This document shows positions 1 to 10,021 of a stretch of 64,000 bases of DNA, piece by piece. Source of the DNA: Selenomonadaceae bacterium (GTDB taxonomy: Bacteria; Vulcanimicrobiota; Xenobia; Xenobiales; JADMJV01); the NCBI GenBank assembly GCA_037189585.1, contig JBBCJA010000013.1, positions 259,067-323,066 of the forward strand, in the 5' to 3' direction. Position 1 is the first letter of the stretch, and every line of letters begins with the position of its first letter. The position numbers and the translations under genes are program-made. Under the pieces are notes generated by a model, which ran no database searches, was not told the DNA's origin, and saw only the letters and a program-made list of their open reading frames with translations.

Positions 1-106
1 CTTGTTGCCAGCTGGAAAGTTCGCCTCGCATACCAGGGCTGTTCGACCCGCTTGGATAAAACCTTGGTCGCTTGACTTTCTCTCATCAGGTAGGACATAT
101 GGAGCT

Positions 107-1051
107 ATGAGCCGTGACCTTTGGATTGTGACAGGCCTCTCCGGGGCAGGGAAGAGCCTGGCCTTAAAATGCCTTGAGGATCTCGGCTTTTGGTGTGTCG
201 ACAACCTTCCGGCTCCGCTGATGCGAGCGTATATGGAGCTTGAGGCGACGAAAGAGGAGACCACGGCGTTATTGCCCACCGCGCTGGGACTTCGTGGAAT
301 CGAACAGCTTGAGGAGTTGGGAGATGCGCTGGCTCAACTGCCCGACATTCCCATTCGGACCAGAGTCATTTATCTCGAATGCGACGAGCCCACCCTGGTC
401 AAGCGTTACTCCGAATCTCGCCGGCGGCATCCACTCATGGGGCTCGACGGTAGAGGACTGCTGAAAGCCTTGGCCGATGAGCGAGTAGCCTTAGAGTCCG
501 TTCGGGAAAGGGCGGATTACATCGTCGACACCACGAGCCTTTCCCCGCACACTCTTTTGATGAGACTAGAGTCGATCCAGGCTAGTCTTTCAGGGCGCCA
601 TCAGCCGCTTCTTGTCCACATTCAGTCCTTTGGCTTCAAAAAGGGCGCCCCCGCGGACGCCGAATGGCTGTGGGACGTCCGGTTTCTTCCCAACCCTTAC
701 TATAACCCCGAGCTTCGTGCTTGCTCGGGTGTGGAGCCGGCGGTGGCCGAAGTGGTTTTCTCCGAGTCTTCTCAAGTGGCCTTGATCGATCGGATGATCG
801 CGAATTTGCTGGAGTTGATCGGGATCTATTCCGAGCAGGGACGGCGTCACGTCAGTGTCGGGATCGGATGCACCGGAGGGCAACATCGCTCGGTCGCGAC
901 GGCCGAGAAGCTGGCCGACATCTGTTTGCGAGCGGGTTATGTGGTGTCCTTGAATCATCGTGACGTTCATCTCAAGCCGGAACTGACCGGATATCGCTGT
1001 CAGTTGCTGGAACCGGATCGTCCGGCCAAGATGGTGGGAGCGGCTTCGTGA
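107..1051 (+). CDS. rapZ: RapZ-like (YvcJ/UPF0042) P-loop nucleotide-binding regulatory protein
   Basis: Translation MSRDLWIVTGLSGAGKS with a Walker A motif and a conserved C-terminal half. RBS GGAG at 101-104. The upstream in-frame sequence looks like read-through, so the start was placed at ATG 107. Confidence 0.85.
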   Translation: MSRDLWIVTGLSGAGKSLALKCLEDLGFWCVDNLPAPLMRAYMELEATKEETTALLPTALGLRGIEQLEELGDALAQLPDIPIRTRVIYLECDEPTLVKRYSESRRRHPLMGLDGRGLLKALADERVALESVRERADYIVDTTSLSPHTLLMRLESIQASLSGRHQPLLVHIQSFGFKKGAPADAEWLWDVRFLPNPYYNPELRACSGVEPAVAEVVFSESSQVALIDRMIANLLELIGIYSEQGRRHVSVGIGCTGGQHRSVATAEKLADICLRAGYVVSLNHRDVHLKPELTGYRCQLLEPDRPAKMVGAAS

Positions 1052-2382
1052 GCTATCGACGACCCGGTCCATGGGGATGGAAGGCCCTACGGAAGTGGTT
1101 GACTCCGGGAATTCGCGTCAAGCGCTGGTTTGGCGTTTCACTCCTTGGGTTTTTGGTCTTTACCATCGGTATTCTTATCTTGGCCGACATGCCGACCCAC
1201 TTTTGGGAACTCATGAGGGAGCGGTTTTCAGTTCGAAACACTCTGGGGATCGGTGCCGCCGTGAGCGGGATGGTGGGAATCGTGTTTGGCCTGGTTCGCG
1301 GATTTCAGACCATGTACGCGGCGGTACAGCCGAATCCAACGCGCAAGCTTGTCGATATGCTCTACGAGCGGAGCCAGCTCGGCGTGGGATTGAAAATTGT
1401 CGCTCTGGGTGGGGGAACGGGGCTCTCCTCGCTTCTTCGGGGACTCAAGCCGATGACCAGCAATCTGGTGGCGGTGGTGACGGTGTGCGACGACGGTGGG
1501 TCGTCGGGTCGACTTTCCAAAGACCTTGGAGTTCTTCCCCCGGGTGATATTCGTAACTGCCTGGTGGCCTTGGCCGACGACGAGTCGCTTTTGTCCGAGC
1601 TCTTCAACCATCGTTTTCAAGACGGTAACGATCTGGGAGGCCATTCCTTCGGGAATCTGTTTTTGGCCGCTCTGTCCGAGGTGGTGGGGGATTTTGAGGA
1701 AGCGGTTCAGGTGTCGAGCCAAATTTTGGCGATTCGTGGGAAAGTTCTGCCCGCGACCCTGGATAAAGTGACCCTGTGCGCCCGGATGAAGGATGGACAA
1801 GTTGTCTGTGGAGAGTCCGCCATCCCCAAGAGTGGCGGCGTGGTGGAACAGGTCTATCTTGACCCGTCAGGGGCGACCCCGGCACCTCAGGTTCTTTCAA
1901 GCTTTGCTTCGGCCGATGCTATCATTCTTGGGCCGGGCAGTCTTTTCACAAGTGTGATTCCCAACCTTTTGGTGGACGGCATGGAGCAAGCGCTTCGAGA
2001 GTTGAAGATTCCAAAGATCTACGTCTGCAACGTGATGACTCAGCCTGGAGAGACGGACGGATTCGGCGCGGCGGATCACCTGGAAGCGCTGGAGCGCCAT
2101 GTCGGCACGGGCGTCATCGACACCATTGTGGTCAACGTCGAGACTCCGAGCTCAGAACTCCTTCGCCGCTATGAAGCGGAGGGCGCCCGTCCGGTCGACC
2201 CGCAGCTCGAGCGGCTCAATAAGATGGGAGTCAAAGTTGTGGGCGCGAACCTCTTGTCGACTCACGATCTGGTCCGCCATGATAGCCAGCGTCTGGCTGC
2301 CGCTATCATCGATCTGCTGGCTCGCCATCACACCGGCGCGGGTGAGACGATGAAGACTCGCCACCTACGGGTTGTGAGTTAA
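1048..2382 (+). CDS. YvcK/CofD-family (UPF0052, gluconeogenesis-factor-like) protein with an N-terminal two-helix membrane extension
   Basis: Core IVALGGGTGLSSLL...VVTVCDDGGSSGRL matches YvcK/CofD. GTG start at 1048 overlaps the rapZ stop (GTGA). Residues about 20-100 form two hydrophobic helices. An alternative canonical-length start is ATG 1357. Confidence 0.75.
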   Translation: MSYRRPGPWGWKALRKWLTPGIRVKRWFGVSLLGFLVFTIGILILADMPTHFWELMRERFSVRNTLGIGAAVSGMVGIVFGLVRGFQTMYAAVQPNPTRKLVDMLYERSQLGVGLKIVALGGGTGLSSLLRGLKPMTSNLVAVVTVCDDGGSSGRLSKDLGVLPPGDIRNCLVALADDESLLSELFNHRFQDGNDLGGHSFGNLFLAALSEVVGDFEEAVQVSSQILAIRGKVLPATLDKVTLCARMKDGQVVCGESAIPKSGGVVEQVYLDPSGATPAPQVLSSFASADAIILGPGSLFTSVIPNLLVDGMEQALRELKIPKIYVCNVMTQPGETDGFGAADHLEALERHVGTGVIDTIVVNVETPSSELLRRYEAEGARPVDPQLERLNKMGVKVVGANLLSTHDLVRHDSQRLAAAIIDLLARHHTGAGETMKTRHLRVVS

Positions 2383-2495
2383 GAGCCCCCGCGGCTTGGG
2401 GCGGCGTGGCTGATTGAATTGCACGCGCGGATGTCGCTTGAAGTGCACGCGGCGCGGCTGATTGAATAGCACGCGCGGGGATGCCACTGAAAGCG

Positions 2496-2527
2496 TAAAG
2501 ACCTCCACGATAGGAGGTCTTTACGCT
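2496..2527. terminator. Bidirectional hairpin terminator between the convergent yvcK-like gene and recX
   Basis: gtaaagacctcc-N-ggaggtctttac perfect 12-bp stem. It is preceded by a 23-bp imperfect direct repeat (ggctgattgaatTgcacgcgcgg at 2409 and 2457). Confidence 0.5.
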
Positions 2528-2539
2528 GTCAACTATTTT

Positions 2540-3034
2540 CTAGTCGTGCTCGGTGTGCTCGGCCAGCGCTTCGCGAATCTCAGAGTAAGCAAAGCCTCGA
2601 CGCAATAGAGAGGCGATGATTTTTCGCGGGTCCTTCCCCCGTGAGAGGTCGCGCTCGACTAAACTGGTCAACTTCCGAGAGGGATCGAAGCCGTCGTCCT
2701 CCTGGGCTTCCAGTAAAACTTCCGTCACCATCTCTGAGGGCAACCCGCGCGCTATCAGCTCTTGACGGAATCGTTGGCGGCCCCAGGCCTTACCGGAGCG
2801 CGAGAGCAGAAAACTCCTGGCATAGCGGCGGTCGTCCAGGAGGCCGATGTCGCGCAGATCCGAAAGAACTCGCGCGACATCGTCCTCCCTTCCGCCTCGG
2901 GATCGGAGTTTGTCCTCTAGCTCCTTTTCCGAGTGGTCTCGACGGGTCAGCAGGTCCAGCGCCTTCGTGCGTAATTGCTTCGGCGTTAGAGGCTCCGCGT
3001 CACCGCCACGACCCCCTTGAAAAGCCCGTGCCAC
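2540..3034 (-). CDS. recX: RecX, RecA regulatory protein
   Basis: 164 aa with the three-repeat helical RecX pattern (RRYARSF..., ...LRRGFAYSEI). It lies immediately downstream of recA, 14 bp gap. Confidence 0.8.
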   Translation of the reverse strand: MARAFQGGRGGDAEPLTPKQLRTKALDLLTRRDHSEKELEDKLRSRGGREDDVARVLSDLRDIGLLDDRRYARSFLLSRSGKAWGRQRFRQELIARGLPSEMVTEVLLEAQEDDGFDPSRKLTSLVERDLSRGKDPRKIIASLLRRGFAYSEIREALAEHTEHD

Positions 3035-3048
3035 CGGACTAAACCTTC

Positions 3049-4092
3049 CTAGGCCTCGACGGGCTCCTCTTCGTTGACTTCGTTGGCCTGACCGTTCGTC
3101 TGGCCCCGATTAGTGCCGGACACCGCGCGAACTTGACGTTCAATGGCGTCGGCCATCTCGGGATTATCCTCTAAGAAAGTCCGTGAGTTATCGCGTCCTT
3201 GACCTAGCTTGGTATCGCCGAAGGCGTACCAGCTTCCGGTTCGTGTGGTCACACCAAGTCCGGTCGCCACATCCAAGAGAGAGCCTTCACGCGAGATCCC
3301 TTTGCCGAAGAGAATGTCGAACTCGGCTGTCTTGAAGGGAGGAGCCAGTTTGTTCTTCACCACTTTCACCCGCGCGCGGTTTCCTGTGACATCCTGACCT
3401 TGCTTGATGCTCTCCACTCGTCGCACTTCCAAGCGGACAGAGGAGTAGAACTTCAGAGCGCGTCCGCCTGGAGTGGTCTCCGGCGAGCCGAACATCACTC
3501 CGACCTTCTCACGGATCTGGTTGACGAAGATGACGGCGGTTTTCGACTTGGAGATTACCGCGGTCAACTTACGCAGAGCTTGCGACATCAAGCGGGCCTG
3601 CAGACCCACGTGGGCATCTCCCATGTCGCCCTCAATCTCGGCTCGGGGCACCATCGCGGCCACCGAGTCGACGACGACGACGTCCACGGCGTTGGAGCGG
3701 ACCAGGGTCTCCACAATCTCGAGGCCCTGTTCACCGGTATCCGGCTGAGAAACGTAGAGATTTTCAAGATCGACTCCGATATTGGCCGCGTAGATGGGGT
3801 CCAGAGCATGCTCGACGTCGATGAAGGCCGCTACTCCGCCCATTTTCTGGGCTTCGGCCAGAACATGCAGAGTCAATGTGGTTTTACCGGAAGATTCCGG
3901 TCCGTAGATTTCAGTCACGCGCCCGCGCGGAATTCCACCGACGCCGAGAGCGACGTCAATGGCGATGGAGCCGCTGGGGATGACGGGAACCTCAAAGCGG
4001 TTGCCGGCTTCCCCCAATTTCATGATAGAGCCCTTGCCGAACTGGCGCTCAATCTGTGATAATGCTGCTTCAAGAGCTTTTTTCTTGTCCAT
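3049..4092 (-). CDS. recA: Recombinase RecA
   Basis: [28 protein letters not shown]..., Walker [10 protein letters not shown], and L2/L1 loop motifs. Start set at the MDKKK codon (4092), with GGAG 8 nt upstream on the minus strand. Confidence 0.95.
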   Translation of the reverse strand: MDKKKALEAALSQIERQFGKGSIMKLGEAGNRFEVPVIPSGSIAIDVALGVGGIPRGRVTEIYGPESSGKTTLTLHVLAEAQKMGGVAAFIDVEHALDPIYAANIGVDLENLYVSQPDTGEQGLEIVETLVRSNAVDVVVVDSVAAMVPRAEIEGDMGDAHVGLQARLMSQALRKLTAVISKSKTAVIFVNQIREKVGVMFGSPETTPGGRALKFYSSVRLEVRRVESIKQGQDVTGNRARVKVVKNKLAPPFKTAEFDILFGKGISREGSLLDVATGLGVTTRTGSWYAFGDTKLGQGRDNSRTFLEDNPEMADAIERQVRAVSGTNRGQTNGQANEVNEEEPVEA

Positions 4093-4114
4093 AGTTTTTC
4101 TCCTCAGGGGTATG

Positions 4115-4130
4115 GTGAACATATTTTCAC
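4115..4130. promoter_or_regulatory. Candidate LexA (SOS) box, Cheo-like palindrome, in the recA leader
   Basis: On the recA strand the sequence is GTGAAAATATGTTCAC, containing GAAA-N4-GTTC. This is one mismatch from GAAC-N4-GTTC. It lies 22 nt upstream of the recA ATG. Confidence 0.35.
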
Positions 4131-4290
4131 TTTTTCGAGAATCTCCTTCTCGAAACCCAATTTTTTTTCGACCTCCACTTTTTCGTGAGGATTTTCACCA
4201 AACCACCGATCATCATGTAAAAATTTTGAGTCAAAAGGTCTTCCGAGGGGATTTCGTGTAGGCCCCGATTCGGAAACTACTCTAGGAGTC

Positions 4291-7041
4291 ATGATGAAAC
4301 TATCCCAACGATTCAAGCGCTCGCTTGTGAGTCTCTTCTTTCTCGGTCTTTCCGGTACGGCGTTGGCCTTTCCGTTGCCCCCCGGAACAAAGGAGGTCAC
4401 CAAAGTGGCCGGTATCACCGAGTACAGACTCGACAATGGACTGAGGGTGTTGCTTTTTCCTGACCCCTCGTCGGCCAAGACCACGGTCAACATCACCTAT
4501 CTCGTGGGGTCTCGTCATGAAGGTTACGGTGAAACCGGAATGGCCCATCTCTTGGAGCATCTCTTGTTCAAAGGTTCTAAGAATCACACCAATGTTCCAC
4601 AGGAACTCTCCGAGCATGGAGCCCAGGCCAACGGAACCACCTGGTATGACCGGACCAACTATTACGAGACCTTCCCCTCTTCTCCGGAAAATCTCGACTG
4701 GGCGCTTTCTTTGGAAAGCGACCGTATGGTCAACTCTTTCATCGCCAAAAAAGACCTCGATTCCGAGATGACCGTGGTCCGTAATGAATTCGAACGTGGC
4801 GAGAACGATCCCAGCAGTATTCTCGAGGAGCGAGTCTTCTCCACGGCTTATCTCTGGCACAACTATGGAAAATCCACCATCGGAGCGAGATCCGACATCG
4901 AACAGGTTCCGATTCACCGTCTTCAGGCCTTCTATCGCTACTACTACCAGCCGGACAACGCGGTATTAGTGGTGGCTGGGCGCTTTGATGAAGCCGAGAC
5001 CCTGACCAAGATTGTGCAAAAGTTTGGAGCTATCCCCAAGCCGACGCGAGAACTGCAAGCCACCTACACCCAGGAGCCGACCCAGGATGGAGAGCGTGAA
5101 GTCGAGCTTCGCCGGACCGGAGACAGCAAAGTCGCCACGGTGGCTTTTCATATCCCGGCGGGAACAGCTCCGGATTTCGCCGCCGTCGACGTTCTGGGAG
5201 AGATCCTGGCCGACACCCCCTCGGGCCGTCTCTATAAGGCGCTGGTGGTACCGAAGATCGCGACCAGTGTGGGGGGAGGAGCCTATCAGCTTCACGACCC
5301 CGGCCTGATGCTGTTCTCCGCCTCGGCCCGCAAAGACGCCGATCTGGATAAGGTTCAGAAGATCCTACTCGACACGGTTGACTCCTTCACTAAAAATCCG
5401 CCCACGGAGGAAGAGGTGAATAGAGCCAAGGGAGCGCTTTTAAAGTCGGCCGAGTCCACTTTGCGTGACTCTCGCCGTCTGGCTCTTCAGATCTCCGAAT
5501 GGGAAGCCATGGGAGACTGGCGGATGTTCTTTCTCTACAAACAGCGAATCGCCGCAGTAACTCCGGCCGATGTGGCCAAGGCCGCCCAAGCTTATCTGAA
5601 AGTATCCAATCGCACTGTGGGAACATTCCTGCCCGATGACGCCCCCTCGCGCTCGGAGATCGCTCAAGTTAAAAAAGAGGACCTTACCGCGGCGCTCGCC
5701 GACCTGAAGGTGGATAAAGACGTGGTCGCGGGTGAGGAGTTCGACGCGACTCCCACCAACATCAAGGCTCGTACCACCTATTCCGAGCTCGCTCCGGGGA
5801 TCAAGCTCGCGCTTCTTCCCAAGGACAATCGTGGAGAGACCGTGGTCTTCGACCTCACTTTCCGCTTCAATAACGTCAAGGACGCGCAGAACCAAGCCGG
5901 AGTGGCCGCTTTCACCGGTGGGATGTTGATGCGGGGCACTCAGGGGAAAACCCGAGAGCAGATCAAGGATAAGCTGACCGAACTCGAAGCCAGTGGCTCT
6001 GTCAGTGGCGACTACGAGTCTGTCTCCGCCTCTTTCTCCACCACTCGGGAGCACCTACCGGAAGTTCTGAAACTGGCTGCCGAGATCATGAAAGAGCCGA
6101 GCTTCCCTTCGGGTGAGCTCGAAACCATGCGAGAAGGCTATCTCGCTGCTCTGGAAGAGGCTCGCAGCGAACCCGAGACGAGAGCTTCACTCCTACTGAG
6201 CCAGGTGCTCGATCCCTACGCCAAGGGCGACCCTCGCGCCGCCACGACGCTGGAAGAGGATATGGCCGAAGCCAAGAAGGTCAAACTCGAGGAGCTGCGC
6301 TCCTTCCACAAAAAGTTCTACGGAGCCGAACGGGGAGAGATCGCGGTTGTGGGAGATTTCGATCCCAAAGAGATCGAGCCGCTTCTCAAGGAGCTGTTCG
6401 TCGGATGGAAGTCGGCCGGTAACGTTCCCTACGAGCGAATGGCCAGTCGGGTAAAAGAAGGCGTGAAGGGTCAAAGCCTGACCGTCGAGATCCCGGACAA
6501 AGCCAACGCGGTTTACTACGCCAGCATGCCGCTTGCCATCACCGACGAGCATCCCGACTACGCTGCGCTTCGCCTCGGTAACTATCTTTTGGGCGGCGGA
6601 TTTCTCAACAGCCGACTGGCCACGCGGGTCCGCCAACAGGAGGGGCTCTCCTACTCGATCAGCTCCTCGCTTTCAGCCAACGCTCTCGACCCGGTGGGCG
6701 GCTTCGGAGTCTACGCCATCGCGGCGCCGGAGAACGTAGGCAAGGTGAAGACGGCCATCGTGGAGGAGGTCAACCGTGCCATCAAGGATGGATTCACCAC
6801 AGCGGAGGTGGAAGCGGCTAAGCGGGGCTACCTGGAATCGCTCAAAGTCTCCCGCAGCCAGGACGGGAACCTGGTGGGGTTGTTGAGCGGCTACATGTTC
6901 TATGACCGTGACGTCGAATGGCTCAACGCTTGGGACAAGAAGATCACCGCCCTGACTCCCCAACAGATTCAAACGGCGCTGGCCAAGCATATCGATCCGA
7001 GCAAGCTGGTAGTGGTCACCGCGGGCACCTTGTCCAAGTAA
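4291..7041 (+). CDS. Secreted M16-family (pitrilysin/insulinase-like) zinc peptidase, two-repeat type
   Basis: N-terminal signal peptide. Inverted zinc motif HLLEHLLFKGS (HxxEH). 916 aa with duplicated M16 active and inactive halves. Confidence 0.85.
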   Translation: MMKLSQRFKRSLVSLFFLGLSGTALAFPLPPGTKEVTKVAGITEYRLDNGLRVLLFPDPSSAKTTVNITYLVGSRHEGYGETGMAHLLEHLLFKGSKNHTNVPQELSEHGAQANGTTWYDRTNYYETFPSSPENLDWALSLESDRMVNSFIAKKDLDSEMTVVRNEFERGENDPSSILEERVFSTAYLWHNYGKSTIGARSDIEQVPIHRLQAFYRYYYQPDNAVLVVAGRFDEAETLTKIVQKFGAIPKPTRELQATYTQEPTQDGEREVELRRTGDSKVATVAFHIPAGTAPDFAAVDVLGEILADTPSGRLYKALVVPKIATSVGGGAYQLHDPGLMLFSASARKDADLDKVQKILLDTVDSFTKNPPTEEEVNRAKGALLKSAESTLRDSRRLALQISEWEAMGDWRMFFLYKQRIAAVTPADVAKAAQAYLKVSNRTVGTFLPDDAPSRSEIAQVKKEDLTAALADLKVDKDVVAGEEFDATPTNIKARTTYSELAPGIKLALLPKDNRGETVVFDLTFRFNNVKDAQNQAGVAAFTGGMLMRGTQGKTREQIKDKLTELEASGSVSGDYESVSASFSTTREHLPEVLKLAAEIMKEPSFPSGELETMREGYLAALEEARSEPETRASLLLSQVLDPYAKGDPRAATTLEEDMAEAKKVKLEELRSFHKKFYGAERGEIAVVGDFDPKEIEPLLKELFVGWKSAGNVPYERMASRVKEGVKGQSLTVEIPDKANAVYYASMPLAITDEHPDYAALRLGNYLLGGGFLNSRLATRVRQQEGLSYSISSSLSANALDPVGGFGVYAIAAPENVGKVKTAIVEEVNRAIKDGFTTAEVEAAKRGYLESLKVSRSQDGNLVGLLSGYMFYDRDVEWLNAWDKKITALTPQQIQTALAKHIDPSKLVVVTAGTLSK

Positions 7042-7145
7042 CACTGTCTCCGGGGTAGGATTCCCGCCCGATTCATCCGAGCGCGTCGCTTCCACTTCGG
7101 GCGGACTTTCGCGCCCGCTTCAACCAGATGTGACACAACCTAGTA

Positions 7146-7176
7146 AAAGGCCCGATGCGAGAGCACCGGGCCTTTT
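7146..7176. terminator. Bidirectional rho-independent terminator
   Basis: aaaaggcccgatgcgagagcaccgggccttttact: GC stem flanked by A and T runs, between convergent genes. Confidence 0.45.
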
Positions 7177-7195
7177 ACTGACGAGTAAAGTTCGC

Positions 7196-8557
7196 TCAGT
7201 CGCAATACGGGTCGGCTAACGACAGCGCTTCGTCGATGATGGAGAGGCCTTCCTCGAGCTCCTCGTCGCTGATGCACAGCGGGGGAACGGCGAAGATCCA
7301 GTCCCAGCGGACCTGAGTGGAGAGGCCGCGGGACTTGAGGTGTCCGGCGACTTTGGCCATCGCTTCGGAGGCGGGTTTGTTGAAGCCGGAGATGGGCTCT
7401 TTGGTCTCCTGATTCTTCACCAGCTCCAACACACGGAATAGGCCGATGCCGCGATGGTCACCCACGCACTTGTGGTTGGCCTTCAGCTCGTTCATCCGTT
7501 GGCCAAGCTTTTCGCCCTGCACGCGGGCTCGCTCGATCAAGTTGTCTTCCGTGTAGACATCCAAGCAGGCTGAAGCGGCGGCGCAGGCGATGGGGTGGGA
7601 GCTGTAGGTCAGCCCGCACCACAAGGGCCTTGTGTCGAAGTAGTCGCCGATCTCGGGTGAGACGACCACGGCGCCCAGTGGAATGTAGCCGCAGGTCAGC
7701 CCCTTGGCGCAAACCAGGATGTCGGGCCGCACGCCGTAGTGGTCGATACCCCACCATTCGCCGGTGCGACCGAAGCCGCTCATCACTTCGTCCACGATCA
7801 GCTTGATGCCGTACTTGTCGCACAGCGCGCGCACACCTTTCCAGTAGCCCACGGTGGAAGGGGCGATGATACCGGAAGAGCCGGAGTAGCCTTCCAGCAA
7901 GATGGCCGCGATGTCGTTGGGGCCTTCCATTTCGATCTGCTCTTCGATCAGATCGACCAAGGCCTGGTCTCCCTGCTCCGGCGTGCAGTGACGATACAGA
8001 GGGCTGCGGTAAGAGTAAGGATCGAGCATGCGCACGATCCATGGCACGCCGGGTTCGTTGGCCAGACGACGAGGGTCACCACCGGCGCTCATCGCTCCGA
8101 AGGTCGCGCCGTGATAGGCGCGGTAGCGGGTCATCACCTTCTGGCGGCCGGTCACCAAGCGGGCCATCTTCATGGCGTTCTCGATGGCGTCGGCGCCACC
8201 GTTGGTGAAGAAGACTTTCTTGAGATTGCCGGGGGCGATCTTGGACAGCTTTTCGGCTGCCTCACCGCGCGGCTTGGTGGCGCATCCGGGATAGATGAAG
8301 GCCAGTTCGTCGGCCTGGGCCTTGATGGCCTCGATCACCTTTGGGTGGCCATGACCGATATTCATGTTCATCAGCTGGGAGGAGAAATCGAGATAGCGTC
8401 GTCCCTCCACGTCCCAGAAACAGCTTCCTTTAGCTTTCGCCACCGCGATAGGGTTGGCGACCGACTGCACCGACCAGGAGAACAGGGTGTACTCCATATT
8501 CTTGGCGATGATCTCTTTAGAGGCACGCACGGCCTCTGATTCTTGCTCTGCGATCAC
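7196..8557 (-). CDS. Class-III (omega) PLP-dependent aminotransferase
   Basis: DEVMSGFGRTGEWWG PLP-lysine region and overall class-III aminotransferase pattern. GGAG RBS upstream of the start. Confidence 0.85.
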   Translation of the reverse strand: MIAEQESEAVRASKEIIAKNMEYTLFSWSVQSVANPIAVAKAKGSCFWDVEGRRYLDFSSQLMNMNIGHGHPKVIEAIKAQADELAFIYPGCATKPRGEAAEKLSKIAPGNLKKVFFTNGGADAIENAMKMARLVTGRQKVMTRYRAYHGATFGAMSAGGDPRRLANEPGVPWIVRMLDPYSYRSPLYRHCTPEQGDQALVDLIEEQIEMEGPNDIAAILLEGYSGSSGIIAPSTVGYWKGVRALCDKYGIKLIVDEVMSGFGRTGEWWGIDHYGVRPDILVCAKGLTCGYIPLGAVVVSPEIGDYFDTRPLWCGLTYSSHPIACAAASACLDVYTEDNLIERARVQGEKLGQRMNELKANHKCVGDHRGIGLFRVLELVKNQETKEPISGFNKPASEAMAKVAGHLKSRGLSTQVRWDWIFAVPPLCISDEELEEGLSIIDEALSLADPYCD

Positions 8558-8611
8558 GGTGACTTTTTCTCCTAGAGATTGATTGAGCGGAGGATTTCAG
8601 GGCAAGGGTTG

Positions 8612-9394
8612 ATGGACCCTGCCGAAGAACCTCCGCTTCCCATGTTGCGCAACAAGATTCAGGGCCTCGAGGCGACCGATCCCGATTTCCCGCAGCTCAG
8701 TTTAGCCGAGAGGCGGAAGAAGTTGCGCGTCCGGACCTACATAAGGCTTGAGATCGCCACCGACAAGGGGCGGGTCTCCGCCATCGTCACCGACCTGTCT
8801 TTGGACGGCATGCGCATGCGCTGCCAACACCCGGTGCGGGATGGCGAACGGGTGGAGGTCTTCTTCCCCGATGGCCAGGATCCCGAGAGCACGGGCTCGG
8901 TACGCTGCCGTATCGTCTGGGTGCAGCAGATTCAGCAGGTCGGGCGGACCAGCTACGAAGCGGGACTGGCCTTCGAGGATAGCCGGGACAACATGAAGCG
9001 ATCCTGGGTGCGCTATGTTCTCGAGCAGCTCGGCTTCGACGAGAATAAGACGTTTCAAAAGCGAAAGTTTCTCCGCGTGAAAGGTCAGATCCCGGCTCGG
9101 ATCTTCACTGTTCGTCCCGACGACCCGGCTACCGGCGAGGTGGTCAATCTCGGCGTGGGGGGCGCGCTCCTGGCCCTCGACGCTCCGCTCGAGCGGGACA
9201 GCCAGATCCACTGCGAAATCTGCCTCTGGCGCATCCTGCCCGCGCTCCGGCTTCCCTGTCGCGTCATGGGCGTTCGGGAAGACCCGGATGTACCGGGACG
9301 CCACCTCCACTCGCTGCTCTTTCTGGGCATGGACACCGAGGAGGTGAAGCTCCTCGGTAACTACGTCATCTTCTTGATCAATCAGTCGGAATAG
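8612..9394 (+). CDS. Tandem PilZ-domain protein (putative c-di-GMP receptor)
   Basis: Domain 1 carries RKKLR ... DLSLDG (RxxxR / DxSxxG). Domain 2 carries RKFLR ... NLGVGG. ATG 8612 preferred over the upstream TTG 8579. Confidence 0.6.
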   Translation: MDPAEEPPLPMLRNKIQGLEATDPDFPQLSLAERRKKLRVRTYIRLEIATDKGRVSAIVTDLSLDGMRMRCQHPVRDGERVEVFFPDGQDPESTGSVRCRIVWVQQIQQVGRTSYEAGLAFEDSRDNMKRSWVRYVLEQLGFDENKTFQKRKFLRVKGQIPARIFTVRPDDPATGEVVNLGVGGALLALDAPLERDSQIHCEICLWRILPALRLPCRVMGVREDPDVPGRHLHSLLFLGMDTEEVKLLGNYVIFLINQSE

Positions 9395-9441
9395 ACGATC
9401 GTTTGAAGGGGAAATATTCAACGCGAACTCAATAGCCTCGA

Positions 9442-9996
9442 ATGGATGCGTTTCGCGGGCTGGGTCAACTTGTCGGTATACTATTGGCGTTGTTCGGAGT
9501 TTTCTTCGGGGTTTTTCTCGTTCGGCGTGCAGTTAACCACGAAAAGGATCAGCGACGCGAGCGGGAGCGCGCGAATCCGCAAGAGCTGGAGCGACTCAAG
9601 GCGGAAAAAGCAAAGCGAGATTGGCGTATGGTGTCTTGCGCCTGTCTCCCGCCTCTCTTGATTCTTGTAGGTTTTATGGTCACTGGAGGATTGCACGCGG
9701 TTAAGCTGGAGAAGGCCTATAACTTGACGGACCAACATTTTAAAGCGGGAGCTTATGGAGAAGCTATCAAGTCCGCGCAGCCTGTCTTAGACGAGATCGA
9801 AGAGCGTTACGACCGCTATGGCTTAAAATTGCATGCAAAGCCACTTCCGGTAGATTCGGCCAGGCTGACCCGAATAGTTATCCGGTCTCTGATGAAGGAA
9901 GGGCGAAAGGAAGAAGCGGCTCAGCTTTTTTCAGTGTACCGTCAGAGGTTTTCTGACGCGCCGGACCCGGCGCTCGCCCGCGAAGTAGGGAAATGA
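9442..9996 (+). CDS. Hypothetical membrane protein (2 TM segments plus helical, TPR-like C-terminus)
   Basis: Two hydrophobic helices (LVGILLALFGVFFGVFLV, PPLLILVGFMVTGGL) and a charged linker. No recognisable catalytic motif. Confidence 0.4.
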   Translation: MDAFRGLGQLVGILLALFGVFFGVFLVRRAVNHEKDQRRERERANPQELERLKAEKAKRDWRMVSCACLPPLLILVGFMVTGGLHAVKLEKAYNLTDQHFKAGAYGEAIKSAQPVLDEIEERYDRYGLKLHAKPLPVDSARLTRIVIRSLMKEGRKEEAAQLFSVYRQRFSDAPDPALAREVGK

Positions 9997-10021
9997 GCCC
10001 TTTGTGGCTTCACTTCCGCAT

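Noticed and set aside
3400-4059. 219-aa plus-strand ORF
   Set aside because: Antisense to recA.
7458-8539. Two long ORFs (194 aa minus strand, 266 aa plus strand) overlapping the aminotransferase
   Set aside because: They are out-of-frame or antisense overlaps of a gene with a clear class-III aminotransferase translation, and are Arg/His-rich, non-protein-like.
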